Notes under the pieces: generated by a model | The model's database searches: none | What the model saw: only the letters and a program-made list of their open reading frames with translations | Told to the model about the DNA's origin: nothing | Source of the DNA: an uncultured Chloroflexia bacterium | GTDB taxonomy: Bacteria > Chloroflexota > Limnocylindria > Limnocylindrales > CSP1-4 | Assembly (NCBI GenBank): GCA_963707215.1 | Contig: CAVPPB010000004.1 | Span: 1 to 64,000, forward strand | Reading direction: 5' to 3' | Length of the DNA stretch: 64,000 bases | Shown: piece after piece, positions 27,649-36,944 of the stretch | Numbering within the stretch: the first letter of the stretch is position 1 | How the letters are laid out: every line of letters starts with the position of its first letter | Position numbers and translations under genes: made by a program

Positions 27649-29071
27649 ATGTCCCTCCTGAAGCGGATCGAGAGCGCCCGACCGGGCGCGGAACCCCAGG
27701 CGACGCCGGGAGCGCCGGCGCCGGCCCCGGGCAGCCCCAACCTGCCGGCGGCACCGGCCGGCACCCCGCCCCCGGCCGCCCCGCGGCTCATGACGAGCGC
27801 GCCGGTCCGGGAGTCGTTCCGGGACGTCAAGTTCCGGATCCAGAGCCGGGTCATCCAGGACCTGGACCCCAAGCTCGACCTCTCCAACCAGGTCGAGGTC
27901 CGCCGCCAGATCGAGGAGATCTTCGGCAAGGTCATCGACGAAGAGGGCCTGGCCCTGACCCGCGCCGAGCGGGTCCGGATGCTCGAGCAGATCACCGACG
28001 AGATCATCGGTCTCGGCCCGCTCGAGCCGCTCCTCCGCGACGAGACCATCACCGAGGTCATGGTCAACGGGCCCGCGCCAGGTCTACATCGAGCGCGCCG
28101 GCAAGCTGGAGCTGACGAACGTCGTCTTCCAGAACGACGACCATGTCATGCGGATCATCGATCGGATCATCGCCCCGATCGGCCGCCGCGTCGACGAGTC
28201 GCAGCCCGATGGTCGACGCCCGCCTGACCGACGGCTCGCGCGTCAACGCGATCATCCCGCCGCTCTCGCTCGTGGGACCGGTCATCACGATCCGGAAGTT
28301 CGCCGCCTCCCCGTTCACCGTCGACGACCTGATCCGCTTCGGGACGGCGACGCCGGAGATGTTCGACTTCCTCAAGGCCTGCGTCGAGGCCCGCCTGAAC
28401 ATCTTCGTCTCCGGCGGCACCGGCTCGGGCAAGACGACGACGCTCAACGTCCTCTCGTCGTTCATCCCCAACGACGAGCGGATCGTGACCATCGAGGACG
28501 CCGCCGAGCTCCAGCTCCGCCAGGAGCACGTGGTCACCCTCGAGTCGCGGCCGCCCGAACATCGAGGGCAAGGGCGCGATCCCCATCCGCGAGCTGGTCC
28601 GCAACTCCCTGCGGATGCGGCCCGACCGGATCATCGTCGGGGAGTGCCGCTCGGGCGAGGCGCTGGACATGCTCCAGGCCATGAACACCGGCCACGACGG
28701 CTCGCTGTCCACCGGCCACGCCAACAGCCCGCGCGACATGCTCTCGCGCCTGGAGACGATGGTCCTGATGGCCGGCGTCGACCTGCCGCTGCGGGCCATC
28801 CGCGAGCAGATCGCCTCGGCGGTCGACCTCATCGTCCACCAGAGCCGCCTCAAGGACGGCACCCGGAAGATCACCAACATCACCGAGGTCCAGGGCATGG
28901 AAGGCGACGTCATCGTCATGCAGGACGTGTTCGTGTTCGAGCAGACGGGCGATCGTCGAGGGCAAGATCCAGGGTCGCCTGAAGCCGACCGGCATCCGGC
29001 CGAAGTTCGTCGAGAAGTTCGAGGTCATGGGCATCCACCTGCCGCCGGGCCTCTTCGGCTTCGACTTCTAG
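27649..29071 (+). CDS. tadA: CpaF/TadA pilus ATPase, frameshifted
   Basis: [92 protein letters not shown]; about 4 indels. Confidence 0.9.
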
Positions 29072-29092
29072 CCGAGCGCGAGGAGATCGCCG

Positions 29093-30117
29093 ATGCGACG
29101 CTCTCACCCATCCTCGTGGCCGGCATCGCCGCGCTCGCGATCGTCCTGATCACCCTGGGGATCGCCGAGCAGTGGCCGCTCGTCGGGCACTCAGCGCCCG
29201 CCTCGAGCGCTACGCCTCGGGCGACAAGCCGAAGCCGGCGCCGACGCCGAGCGGCCAGGGCGCGTCGCCAGACCTCCTGTCCCAGAGCCAGGCCCTGACC
29301 CAGCTCAACAAGGTCGTCGAGCAGCGCGACTTCGGCGCGAACCTGGCCCGTGAGCTCGCCCGCGCCGACCTGAAGCTGAAGCCGTCCGAGTACCTGCTCA
29401 TCTGGGGCGCCGCCGATCGTCGGCGATCCCGCTGGTGATGATCGCCTTCTCGGTGGTCCTCCGAGCGCTGCGCAACCCGCTGGCCCTGCTGATCGGCGCG
29501 TTCGTCGGCTTCATGCTGCCGCGCTTCTGGCTCGAACCGCCGCAAGGGCGGCCGGCTCAACGCCTTCAACAAGCAGCTGCCGGACACGATCACGCTCATC
29601 GCCAACGCCCTGCGGGCCGGCTCGTCGTTCCTGCAGGCCATCGAGCTGGTCGTCCGGGAGACCCGGCCGCCGATCTCGACCGAGTTCGGGCGCGTCATCC
29701 GGGAGGTCAACCTGGGCCTGCCGTTCGACCAGGCGCTGGAGAACATGGTCCGGCGGGTCCGCTCGGACGACCTGGAGCTGATGGCGACCGCCATCTCGAT
29801 CCAGCACACGGTCGGCGGCAACCTGGCCGAGATCCTCGACTCGATCGCCTTCACGATCCGCGAGCGGGTCCGCATCAAGGGCGAGATCCGGATCCTGACG
29901 GCCCAGCAGCGGATGTCCGGCTACGTCGTCGCGTTCCTGCCGATCGGCCTGTCGGTCTTCCTCTTCGTCATCGCGCCGTCATTCATCGAGCCGATGTTCG
30001 ACCAGGAAGTGAGCATCCTCGGCATCCCGGCCGGCATGTTCATCATCGCGCTCGGCGCAGATCTCGATGCTCATCGGCTTCCTCATCATCCGCCGCATCG
30101 TCGACATCGAGGTCTGA
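29093..30117 (+). CDS. tadB: TadB (T2SS-F family) membrane platform protein, frameshifted
   Basis: [58 protein letters not shown]; ends RRIVDIEV*. Confidence 0.85.
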
Positions 30118-30120
30118 TCG

Positions 30121-31068
30121 ATGAACGACATGATCCTTCCGCTCATCGTCGCCGGGGCCGCCGCCCTGGGCATCCTCCTCGTCGTCGTCGGCCTGACGAG
30201 CCGTCGATCGGTGGATCCGGTCCAGGCCCGCCTGACCCAGCTGGGCGCCGCCCAGGCCAAGAACCTCGAGGAGCTCGAGCTCCAGCAGCCGTTCTTCGAC
30301 CGGACGATGCGACCGCTCATGGGCCGGGTCGCCGCCTCATCCTCGCGCCTGTCGAGCTCGAACTTCAGCGAGCCGGACCGAGAAGCGCCTCGCCCTGGCC
30401 GGCAACCCCAACGACCTGCGGGTCCCCGACTGGCTCGGCCATCAAGGTCATCGCCGCCGTGGTCGTCGGGGGATCCTCTTCTTCCTGATCTTCACGTTCC
30501 TGTCTGGGCACCGGCTTCCCGCTGAACCTCGTGCGGCGGCGTTGCGGGCGTGGCGATCGGCTACATCGCCCCGGAGTTCTGGCTCAGCGCGCAAGATCGG
30601 CCAGCGCCAGCACCGCGATCCTGCTGGCGATCCCGGACACCCTCGACCTGTTGACGATCTCCGTCCGGGCCGGACTCGGCTTCGACGCCGCGCTCGGCAA
30701 GGTCGTCGAGAAGACGAAGGGACCACTGGCCGACGAGTTCCGACGGGCCCTGGCCGAGGTCCGGATGGGCAAGACGCGGCGCGAGGCGCTGCGCGACATC
30801 ATCCCGCGGACCGAGGTCCCGCCGCTGACGAACTTCATCGGCGCGATCATCCAGGCCGAGCAGCTCGGCGTGTCGATCTCGCAAGGTGCTCCAGGTCCAG
30901 TCGGAGCAGCTGCGGATCGAGCGCCGCCAGCGAGCCGAGGAGCAGGCCGCCAAGGCGCCGATCAAGATGCTCTTCCCGCTCGTCGGCTGCATCTTCCCGT
31001 CGCTCTTCATCGTCATCCTGGGTCCGGCGATCATCCTGATCATGAAGAACCTCGGGCAGGTCAACTGA
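30121..31068 (+). CDS. tadC: TadC (T2SS-F family) membrane platform protein, frameshifted
   Basis: [63 protein letters not shown]. Confidence 0.85.
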
Positions 31069-31091
31069 GCGAGGTCTCATCCGGGCGGCGC

Positions 31092-31460
31092 GTGGCCCGG
31101 AACCTCGATCGGGGGACGTCGCTCGGCGATGGCATCGAAGTCGCCGACAGCTTCTGGGGCAAGTTCCGCGGCCTGATGCTGCGGCCGCCCCTGCCGGTCG
31201 GCGGCGGACTCTGGCTCCCGGGCGGCAACGGGATCCACATGATGTTCATGCGCTTCCCCATCGACGTGGTCTTCCTGGCACGCGCCGACGACGACGGCTC
31301 GCGGGCCGTGGTCGCCATCCGTGAGTCGTTGCCGGCCTGGACGGGCATCGTCCCGTTCGTCCGGCGGGCCGACGGATGCCTCGAGCTCCCCGCGGGGGTG
31401 GTGACGGCGTCCGGGACCCGCGTCGGCGACCGGGTGATCCTGGAGCGTGTCGGAGGCTGA
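31092..31460 (+). CDS. DUF192 family protein
   Basis: VADSFWGKFRGLM, GIHMMFMRFPIDVVFL, CLELPAG; start uncertain. Confidence 0.8.
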   Translation: MARNLDRGTSLGDGIEVADSFWGKFRGLMLRPPLPVGGGLWLPGGNGIHMMFMRFPIDVVFLARADDDGSRAVVAIRESLPAWTGIVPFVRRADGCLELPAGVVTASGTRVGDRVILERVGG

Positions 31461-31529
31461 CGCCGGGCTGGCACTCGGACTGGAGGTCGGGCAAAGGCTC
31501 GGTGCAACCCCTCGTGGCATCGTCCGAGG

Positions 31530-32216
31530 ATGGCGACCGCCCTCGACTTCGCACGGACCGCGACTGGCACGCTGCTCGACGCCGTCCTGCCGCCGTCCTG
31601 CGGTGGCTGCGGCGCGGAAGGCAGCGTCCTCTGCACCGCGTGCCTGCGGTCCCTCGAGGAGCGCTCGGGTGAGCCGCCGGGGATCCCGCTGGGCCTGCCA
31701 TCCGACGTCCCGGCGCCACTCCTTCAGCTCGAGTGGTGCGCCGCCTACCGCGGCCCCGTGCGGGCGGCGCTGCGGTCGCTCAAGTACGCCGGCGAGCGGC
31801 GCCTCGCCGGTCCTCTCGGCGAGGCGCTCGCCCGGCGCTGGTCGGCCGCCGGAGCCGGCGGGGAGCTGCTGGTCCCGGTCCCGGTCCACGAGGAGCGCCG
31901 GCGCCAGCGCGGCTACGACCAGGCGGAGCTCCTGGCGCGCGTGGCGAGCGAGCGGCTCGGACTGCCTGGTGTCTCGGCCCTGGTCCGTCAGCGAGCCACG
32001 GTCGCCCAGTTCGATCTCGACCGCGGGGCGCGCCAGGCCAACGTCAGCAGGGCCTTCGCCGTCCGCCCGGGGGCGTCAGCGGTCGTCCGAGACCGGTGGA
32101 TCGTCCTCGTTGACGATGTCGCCACGACCGGCTCGACACTCGTCGCCTGCGCCGAGGCATTGCTGGCCGAGGGGGCGCTCGGGGTGTCCGCCCTGACGGT
32201 CGCCCGCGAGCGCTGA
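31530..32216 (+). CDS. comF: ComF/ComFC family (double zinc ribbon + phosphoribosyltransferase-like)
   Basis: PPSCGGC...LCTAC, LKYAG, VPVPVH...RGYDQA, RQANVSRAF, LVDDVATTGST. Confidence 0.9.
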   Translation: MATALDFARTATGTLLDAVLPPSCGGCGAEGSVLCTACLRSLEERSGEPPGIPLGLPSDVPAPLLQLEWCAAYRGPVRAALRSLKYAGERRLAGPLGEALARRWSAAGAGGELLVPVPVHEERRRQRGYDQAELLARVASERLGLPGVSALVRQRATVAQFDLDRGARQANVSRAFAVRPGASAVVRDRWIVLVDDVATTGSTLVACAEALLAEGALGVSALTVARER

Positions 32217-32395
32217 GCCGCCCGCTCGCCGGGGCCCCGGACGGGACGATCCGCACCTTCCTTCGGGCCGGACGAACGGATCGGCCGACTCGCCATCGAA
32301 CCTATACTCCGGTCACGGATCAGCCCCGCCGGAGGCGCCCCGTCCGGACGCGGCCTCGCGTCACGGGTCGCCAACCAGGGACCAGGAGGTCGACC

Positions 32396-32980
32396 GTGAG
32401 GACGATCGTCAAGGGCAAGAACATCGAGGTCCCGGATCGCGTCCGCTCGTACGCCGAACGGAAGCTCCGTCGCCTCGACCGGATCCTGGACGACCGGAGC
32501 GACGCGATCGTCGAGCTCTCCAACGAGCAGCACCGCAGCGCCGCCGACGCCCACATCGCCGAGGTCACCCTCGTCGTCAACGGGCGGACCCTCCGCAGCC
32601 ACGCCGCCGGCGCGTCCTACCAGGCGGCTCTCGACAGCGTCGTCGACAAGGTCGAGCGGCAGGCCGTCGACCACAAGGAGAAGCCGCGCCTCCGGGCCCG
32701 CCCGGACGAGGAGAAGGAGATCCTCCGCCAGATCGCCGATGGGACCGCCGAGCCGACGGCCGAGCGCCGCGTCGTCAAGACGAAGCGCTTCGCCATCGAG
32801 CCGATGTTCGAGGAGGACGCGATCGCGGCGATGGAGGAGCTCGGCCACGAGTTCTTCGTCTTCGTCGATGCGGAGACGGAGCGGACGGCGGTCCTCTATC
32901 GACGCAGGGACGGCGATTACGGGCTGATCCAGCCGATCATCGCCGGGGAGTACACGCCGGGCCGGAACGGCAAGCGCTGA
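32396..32980 (+). CDS. hpf: Long ribosome hibernation promoting factor (HPF/RaiA)
   Basis: IVKGKNIEV...YAERKL, YQAALDSVVDKVERQ, C-terminal MFEEDAIAAMEELGHEFFVF...YRRRDGDYGLI; RBS AGGAGG, -10 TATACT near 32303. Confidence 0.92.
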   Translation: MRTIVKGKNIEVPDRVRSYAERKLRRLDRILDDRSDAIVELSNEQHRSAADAHIAEVTLVVNGRTLRSHAAGASYQAALDSVVDKVERQAVDHKEKPRLRARPDEEKEILRQIADGTAEPTAERRVVKTKRFAIEPMFEEDAIAAMEELGHEFFVFVDAETERTAVLYRRRDGDYGLIQPIIAGEYTPGRNGKR

Positions 32981-32989
32981 CCGGCGTCG

Positions 32990-33559
32990 TCAGGCGGCGC
33001 GGCGATACACGCCGCCCGCGCGGGTCATGAGGCCGGTCTCGACCAGATAGCGGCGGAGCGCCGCCGTGTCTTCGTGGACCTGGCCGATCCGCTCGTTGAC
33101 CTCGCGCTCCGGGTAGTCGCGGTCCTCGCTGAAGCAGCGCCCCAGCAGCCAGCGGAGCACGACGTCGCGCTTCTTCGCCTGGGCCGGGATAGCGGTCAGC
33201 CGGTCTCCGTCGAGGAAGGCCCGGAGCACCTTTGCGTCAAAGGCGGGGAGCAACCGTCCGTCGGGGCCCGGCCGGGTCGCCGGCTCCTCGGTCTCGCGCT
33301 CCAGCCGACCGATCCGCCGGCCGAGCTCGTGGAGGCGGCCCACGGCCAGGGAATACTCGACGTACGGCCGGGCTTCGCGGGCGTCGACCAGACGGGCCTC
33401 GCGAAGGCGCTTGAGGTGGTGGGCGACCGTCCCCGGCGAGAGGTCGGCCGCAGCGGCGAGCTCCTCCACGCTGTACGGCCGGTCCGCCAGGAGGCCGACG
33501 ATGCGCAGGCGCGACGCGTCGGAGAGGGCCTTCAGGGTGAGGAGCAGGTCGTCGTCCAT
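32990..33559 (-). CDS. ArsR/SmtB HTH + DUF2087 protein
   Basis: LKALSDASRLRIVGLL...TVAHHLKRLREARLV; C-terminal IPAQAKKR...YPEREVN...DTAALRRYLV. Confidence 0.85.
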   Translation of the reverse strand: MDDDLLLTLKALSDASRLRIVGLLADRPYSVEELAAAADLSPGTVAHHLKRLREARLVDAREARPYVEYSLAVGRLHELGRRIGRLERETEEPATRPGPDGRLLPAFDAKVLRAFLDGDRLTAIPAQAKKRDVVLRWLLGRCFSEDRDYPEREVNERIGQVHEDTAALRRYLVETGLMTRAGGVYRRAA

Positions 33560-33623
33560 GACGAAAGCGTACCCGGCGATTTGACAACCGTCGAATCGGG
33601 AGCGGCTCGGGTACGATGCGCGC

Positions 33624-34586
33624 ATGCTGCCCGACGGCCGGAGGATCGGCGCCCACCTGCCCCTGGCAAACGGCATGGTCAAGGCGGCCGACCGGGCGAT
33701 CCAGACCGGGGCGACCGCGCTCCAGGTGTTCAGTGACAACCCGACCGCCTGGCGACGACGCAGCGAGCCACCGTCCGAGCTGGCGGCCTTCCGTGCCCGC
33801 CTGGAAGCGGGCGGCCTCATGCCGATCGCGATCCACGGACCGTACCTGCTCAACCTCGCCAGCCCCGACGAGACGGTCCGGGAGCGCTCGATCGACCTCC
33901 TCGCCAACGAGCTCCTGGTGGCCCCGACCTTCGGCGCCGGGTTCCTCAACGTCCACCTGGGCTCGCACCGGGGCAGCGGACCCGAGGCCGGGATCGAGCG
34001 GATCGGCGAGTCGGTCGCGGCCGCCCTGGCTCGGGTCCCCGAGCCGTCCGGCGGGGCGGTGCTGGTCCTCGAGAACTCGGCGGGTGGGGGCGACAGCCTC
34101 GGCTCGACGATCGACGAGCTGTCCAGGATCGCGGCCGCGGTGGAGAGCCATGGCGCCGACCGGGCGCGCTTCGCCTTCTGCCTCGACACGGCCCACGCCT
34201 GGGGAGCCGGACTGCCGATCGGCGACCCCGAGGGGGTCGACGAGGTGCTCGCCCTGCTCGACCATCGGATCGGCCTCGACCGCGTGGTTATGGTCCACCT
34301 CAACGACTCCCGCGCCGGGGCCGGGAGCCGGGCCGACCGGCACGAGCACCTGGGGGCCGGCCTGATCGGCGTGGCTGGCCTGCGTCGGGTCCTGACCCAC
34401 CCGGACCTGCAGCACGCGATGTACATCCTGGAGACGCCGGGCATGGATGAGGGGTACGACGCCGTCAACCTGGCGCGGGCCGTCGCCATCGCCGAGGGCC
34501 GGCCGCTCGAGCCGCTGCCGGCCGCGGCGTTCCGGCTCCGCGGCGGGCGTGCCGGTGCGGCCTCGCCCGACGAGGCAGCGACGTGA
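33624..34586 (+). CDS. nfo: Endonuclease IV (AP endonuclease 2)
   Basis: IGAH, QVFSDNP, HGPYLLNLAS, VHLGSH, LENSAG, CLDTAHAW, HLNDS, DRHEHLGAG, ILETP. Confidence 0.93.
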   Translation: MLPDGRRIGAHLPLANGMVKAADRAIQTGATALQVFSDNPTAWRRRSEPPSELAAFRARLEAGGLMPIAIHGPYLLNLASPDETVRERSIDLLANELLVAPTFGAGFLNVHLGSHRGSGPEAGIERIGESVAAALARVPEPSGGAVLVLENSAGGGDSLGSTIDELSRIAAAVESHGADRARFAFCLDTAHAWGAGLPIGDPEGVDEVLALLDHRIGLDRVVMVHLNDSRAGAGSRADRHEHLGAGLIGVAGLRRVLTHPDLQHAMYILETPGMDEGYDAVNLARAVAIAEGRPLEPLPAAAFRLRGGRAGAASPDEAAT

Positions 34587-36145
34587 CGCAGGGCAGACCG
34601 GCATCGACCGGGCGTGGCGCCTCCGACCGGGCGCTCGACGTGCTCGTCGTCGCGGCGCTGGCCGTCGCGGCGACCCTCCTTCGTTCCTTCGCCCTGCCGA
34701 CGCGCGGCACGTGGGACGCCGATCAGGGTGAGCAGATGCTGGTGCTCCTCGGGCTGGTCCGCCAGGGACAGGTCCCCCTGCTCGGGCCGCCGTCCTCGAT
34801 CGGCGACTTCCACCACGGGGCTCTCTACTACTACCTGCTGGCTCCTGGGGCGGCCTTGACGGATGGGGATCCGGTCGCGGCTTCAGCGACCCTCGCCGCC
34901 TTCGGCGTCGTCGCCGTCGTCGCCACGTGGTGGCTCGCCCGGTCGGTGGCGGGCCCGATGGCCGGGCTCGTTGCCGGCGGGGTGCTGGCGCTGTCGGCGA
35001 CGGAGATCGCCCTGTCGACGACGATCTGGAATCCCTCGCTCGTCCCCGCCGGGGCGGCCATCGCCATCGCCACGGGGTGGCGGGCGTATTCCGGGAGCAG
35101 CCCGGCATGGTGGGTCGCCAGCGCCATCGGGCTGGCGATCGCCGTCCAGGCGCATCTCGTCGCCGGCCTGCTGCTGGGCCCGCTGGTCGGCCTGTACCTC
35201 GTCAGCGTGGTCCGGGCCGACTCTGGCGGCCGTCGGACCCTGGGGCTTGCCGGCCTGGCCGCCATCGGCGTCCTCGGGCTCGCGCACGCCCCGCATCTGA
35301 TCCACGAGCTGGGGACGGGGTTCGCCCAGCTTCGCTCGATCGGGGATCTGGCTGCCGACAGCCAGTCCGGCACATCCCTGCTGACCCGCCTGTTCGTGGT
35401 GCCCATCAGGATCGTCTCGTGGCCGCTCGTCGGTCTGTTCACGGATGCCCTCGTGCTGGCCGTCGCCGCGACCGTCGTCGTCGTCGGCCTGGTCGCCTGG
35501 CGGATCCGGGCCGCCGGGCCGCCGGAGCGGGCCGCGATGATCTGGCTCGGCGCGACGCTGGCCTGGTCATGGGCCGCGCTGGTGGTCCTCGCCCCATCGC
35601 TGGGCACGGTCGTGCGGGAGCTCCCCGTGGATCACTACCACGCCTACCTCGATCCCGTCGTGGCGACGATCGTCGGCGTGGGCGTCTCGGCGCTCCTGCG
35701 CGGCGGTCCGGCCGGGAGACTCGGCGCCATCGCCGTCGTCGTCCCGTTGCTGGTCTGGAACGTTGCGACACAGCCGCCGCTCGTCCATCCGGACGGCGGC
35801 TGGCCGGCGGGGGAAGCCGCCGGGGAGCGGATCGCGACGGCGGCGGGTGGCGCCCCGATCGGCTTCGTCACCCTGCCGGACTTCAAGGGCCCGCAGGCCT
35901 ATCGCTTCCCCGTGGAGCGGGCCCGGGCGGAGGTCCTCGATGATCCGGCCAGCCTGCCAGACGGCGGGCTCCTCGTCGTCCTCTGCGAGGACCTCTTCCG
36001 TGAGGCCATCGGAGCGTCCTGCGGTGGCCCGGCCGAGGCCGAGGTGCTCGACGGGCTCGGGAGGCCGACGGTCCTGGTGGACCGCTTCGAACCGTCACCG
36101 GGCCGGCTGCTGTCGCTCTACCGCCTGGAGGGACCGACCTACTGA
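34583..36145 (+). CDS. GT39/ArnT-like GT-C glycosyltransferase
   Basis: TM1 then WDADQGEQ...PLLGPPSSIGDFHHGALYYYL, IWNPS, QAH; about 11 TMs plus a C-terminal soluble domain; GTG overlaps the nfo stop. Confidence 0.75.
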   Translation: MTQGRPASTGRGASDRALDVLVVAALAVAATLLRSFALPTRGTWDADQGEQMLVLLGLVRQGQVPLLGPPSSIGDFHHGALYYYLLAPGAALTDGDPVAASATLAAFGVVAVVATWWLARSVAGPMAGLVAGGVLALSATEIALSTTIWNPSLVPAGAAIAIATGWRAYSGSSPAWWVASAIGLAIAVQAHLVAGLLLGPLVGLYLVSVVRADSGGRRTLGLAGLAAIGVLGLAHAPHLIHELGTGFAQLRSIGDLAADSQSGTSLLTRLFVVPIRIVSWPLVGLFTDALVLAVAATVVVVGLVAWRIRAAGPPERAAMIWLGATLAWSWAALVVLAPSLGTVVRELPVDHYHAYLDPVVATIVGVGVSALLRGGPAGRLGAIAVVVPLLVWNVATQPPLVHPDGGWPAGEAAGERIATAAGGAPIGFVTLPDFKGPQAYRFPVERARAEVLDDPASLPDGGLLVVLCEDLFREAIGASCGGPAEAEVLDGLGRPTVLVDRFEPSPGRLLSLYRLEGPTY

Positions 36146-36149
36146 ACAT

Positions 36150-36182
36150 GCGAACGCCGGCTCCCCAGAAGCCGGCGTTCGC
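36150..36182. terminator. Hairpin between convergent genes
   Basis: GCGAACGCCGGCT-7 nt-AGCCGGCGTTCGC. Confidence 0.65.
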
Positions 36183-36236
36183 TGTCCCCGAGACCCGGAC
36201 GTGGAGGGCCGCCGGGTCGTGCCCTGGGATTCGGAG

Positions 36237-36716
36237 TTACGGGTCGCCCGGGGTACGAGCGGGCCGCGGGGCGACGCGGACGTACGATGGGGCATCGGAC
36301 CGGTCGGCACGGCCGTAGCCGCGATCGGCGAGGCCGTTCGTGCCGGGGTTGGCGGCGCGTCCGCTGAAGCGTCGCTGGCGGATCGCGAGGTAGTACTCCA
36401 TGACCTGGCGGACCTGGGCCTCGCCGAGGACCTCGTCGGCCCGCAGGGCGTACTCGACCCGCGCGGCAGGGTTCGTCGTGCCCGAGGCCACGTAGCCCAG
36501 GTAGGCCGGCATCTCCGTATCATCGCGGAGCTCGCGCAGCCCGCGGGCCAGCTTGGTGGCCGTGCCGAGCGATGGCATGCGGTCACCGCGGATGAGTCGC
36601 GAGATCGTCGAGTGGTCGACGCCGGACTGCTGGGCCAGCTGGCGCTGCGACATCCGCTTCGCCTTGAGCTGCGCCCGGAGCCACTCGTTGAAGGCTCGGC
36701 CGTTCTGGGTGGTCAT
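36237..36716 (-). CDS. XRE-family HTH transcriptional regulator
   Basis: LRAQLKAKRMSQRQLAQQSGVDHSTISRLIRGDRMPSLGTATKLA; RBS GGAG/AGGCGG. Confidence 0.85.
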   Translation of the reverse strand: MTTQNGRAFNEWLRAQLKAKRMSQRQLAQQSGVDHSTISRLIRGDRMPSLGTATKLARGLRELRDDTEMPAYLGYVASGTTNPAARVEYALRADEVLGEAQVRQVMEYYLAIRQRRFSGRAANPGTNGLADRGYGRADRSDAPSYVRVAPRPARTPGDP

Positions 36717-36797
36717 GCGACCGCCTGCATCTCCATGCGCCACGAAGGTGGTTCGCGATGGCACCACTATCGCGACAGGCCGCGACGACCCATATCA

Positions 36798-36827
36798 CCC
36801 GTTCGTACCAACCACCAGTACGAAGGG
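36798..36827. promoter_or_regulatory. Operator-like inverted repeat upstream of the XRE gene
   Basis: CCC(G)TTCGTAC-CAACCACCA-GTACGAAGGG. Confidence 0.5.
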
Positions 36828-36944
36828 TCCGTGATCCGGGGCCGAGCGGCCCGTCGGGAGCCGCGCAGGACGGCGGGCCGCTCGGCGGGCAGCGGGCCGC
36901 GGCATCATCTGCACCCACCGCCGAGGAGCGAGCGAAGGCGCGGG

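Noticed and set aside
27649-31068. Programmed frameshifting or phase variation in tad genes
   Set aside because: The breaks are numerous and I see no slippery or simple-sequence tracts at them; sequencing error is more parsimonious.
30531-31460. TadC-DUF192 fusion
   Set aside because: Caused by an indel near 30885; the true TadC C-terminus is in another frame and ends at 31068.
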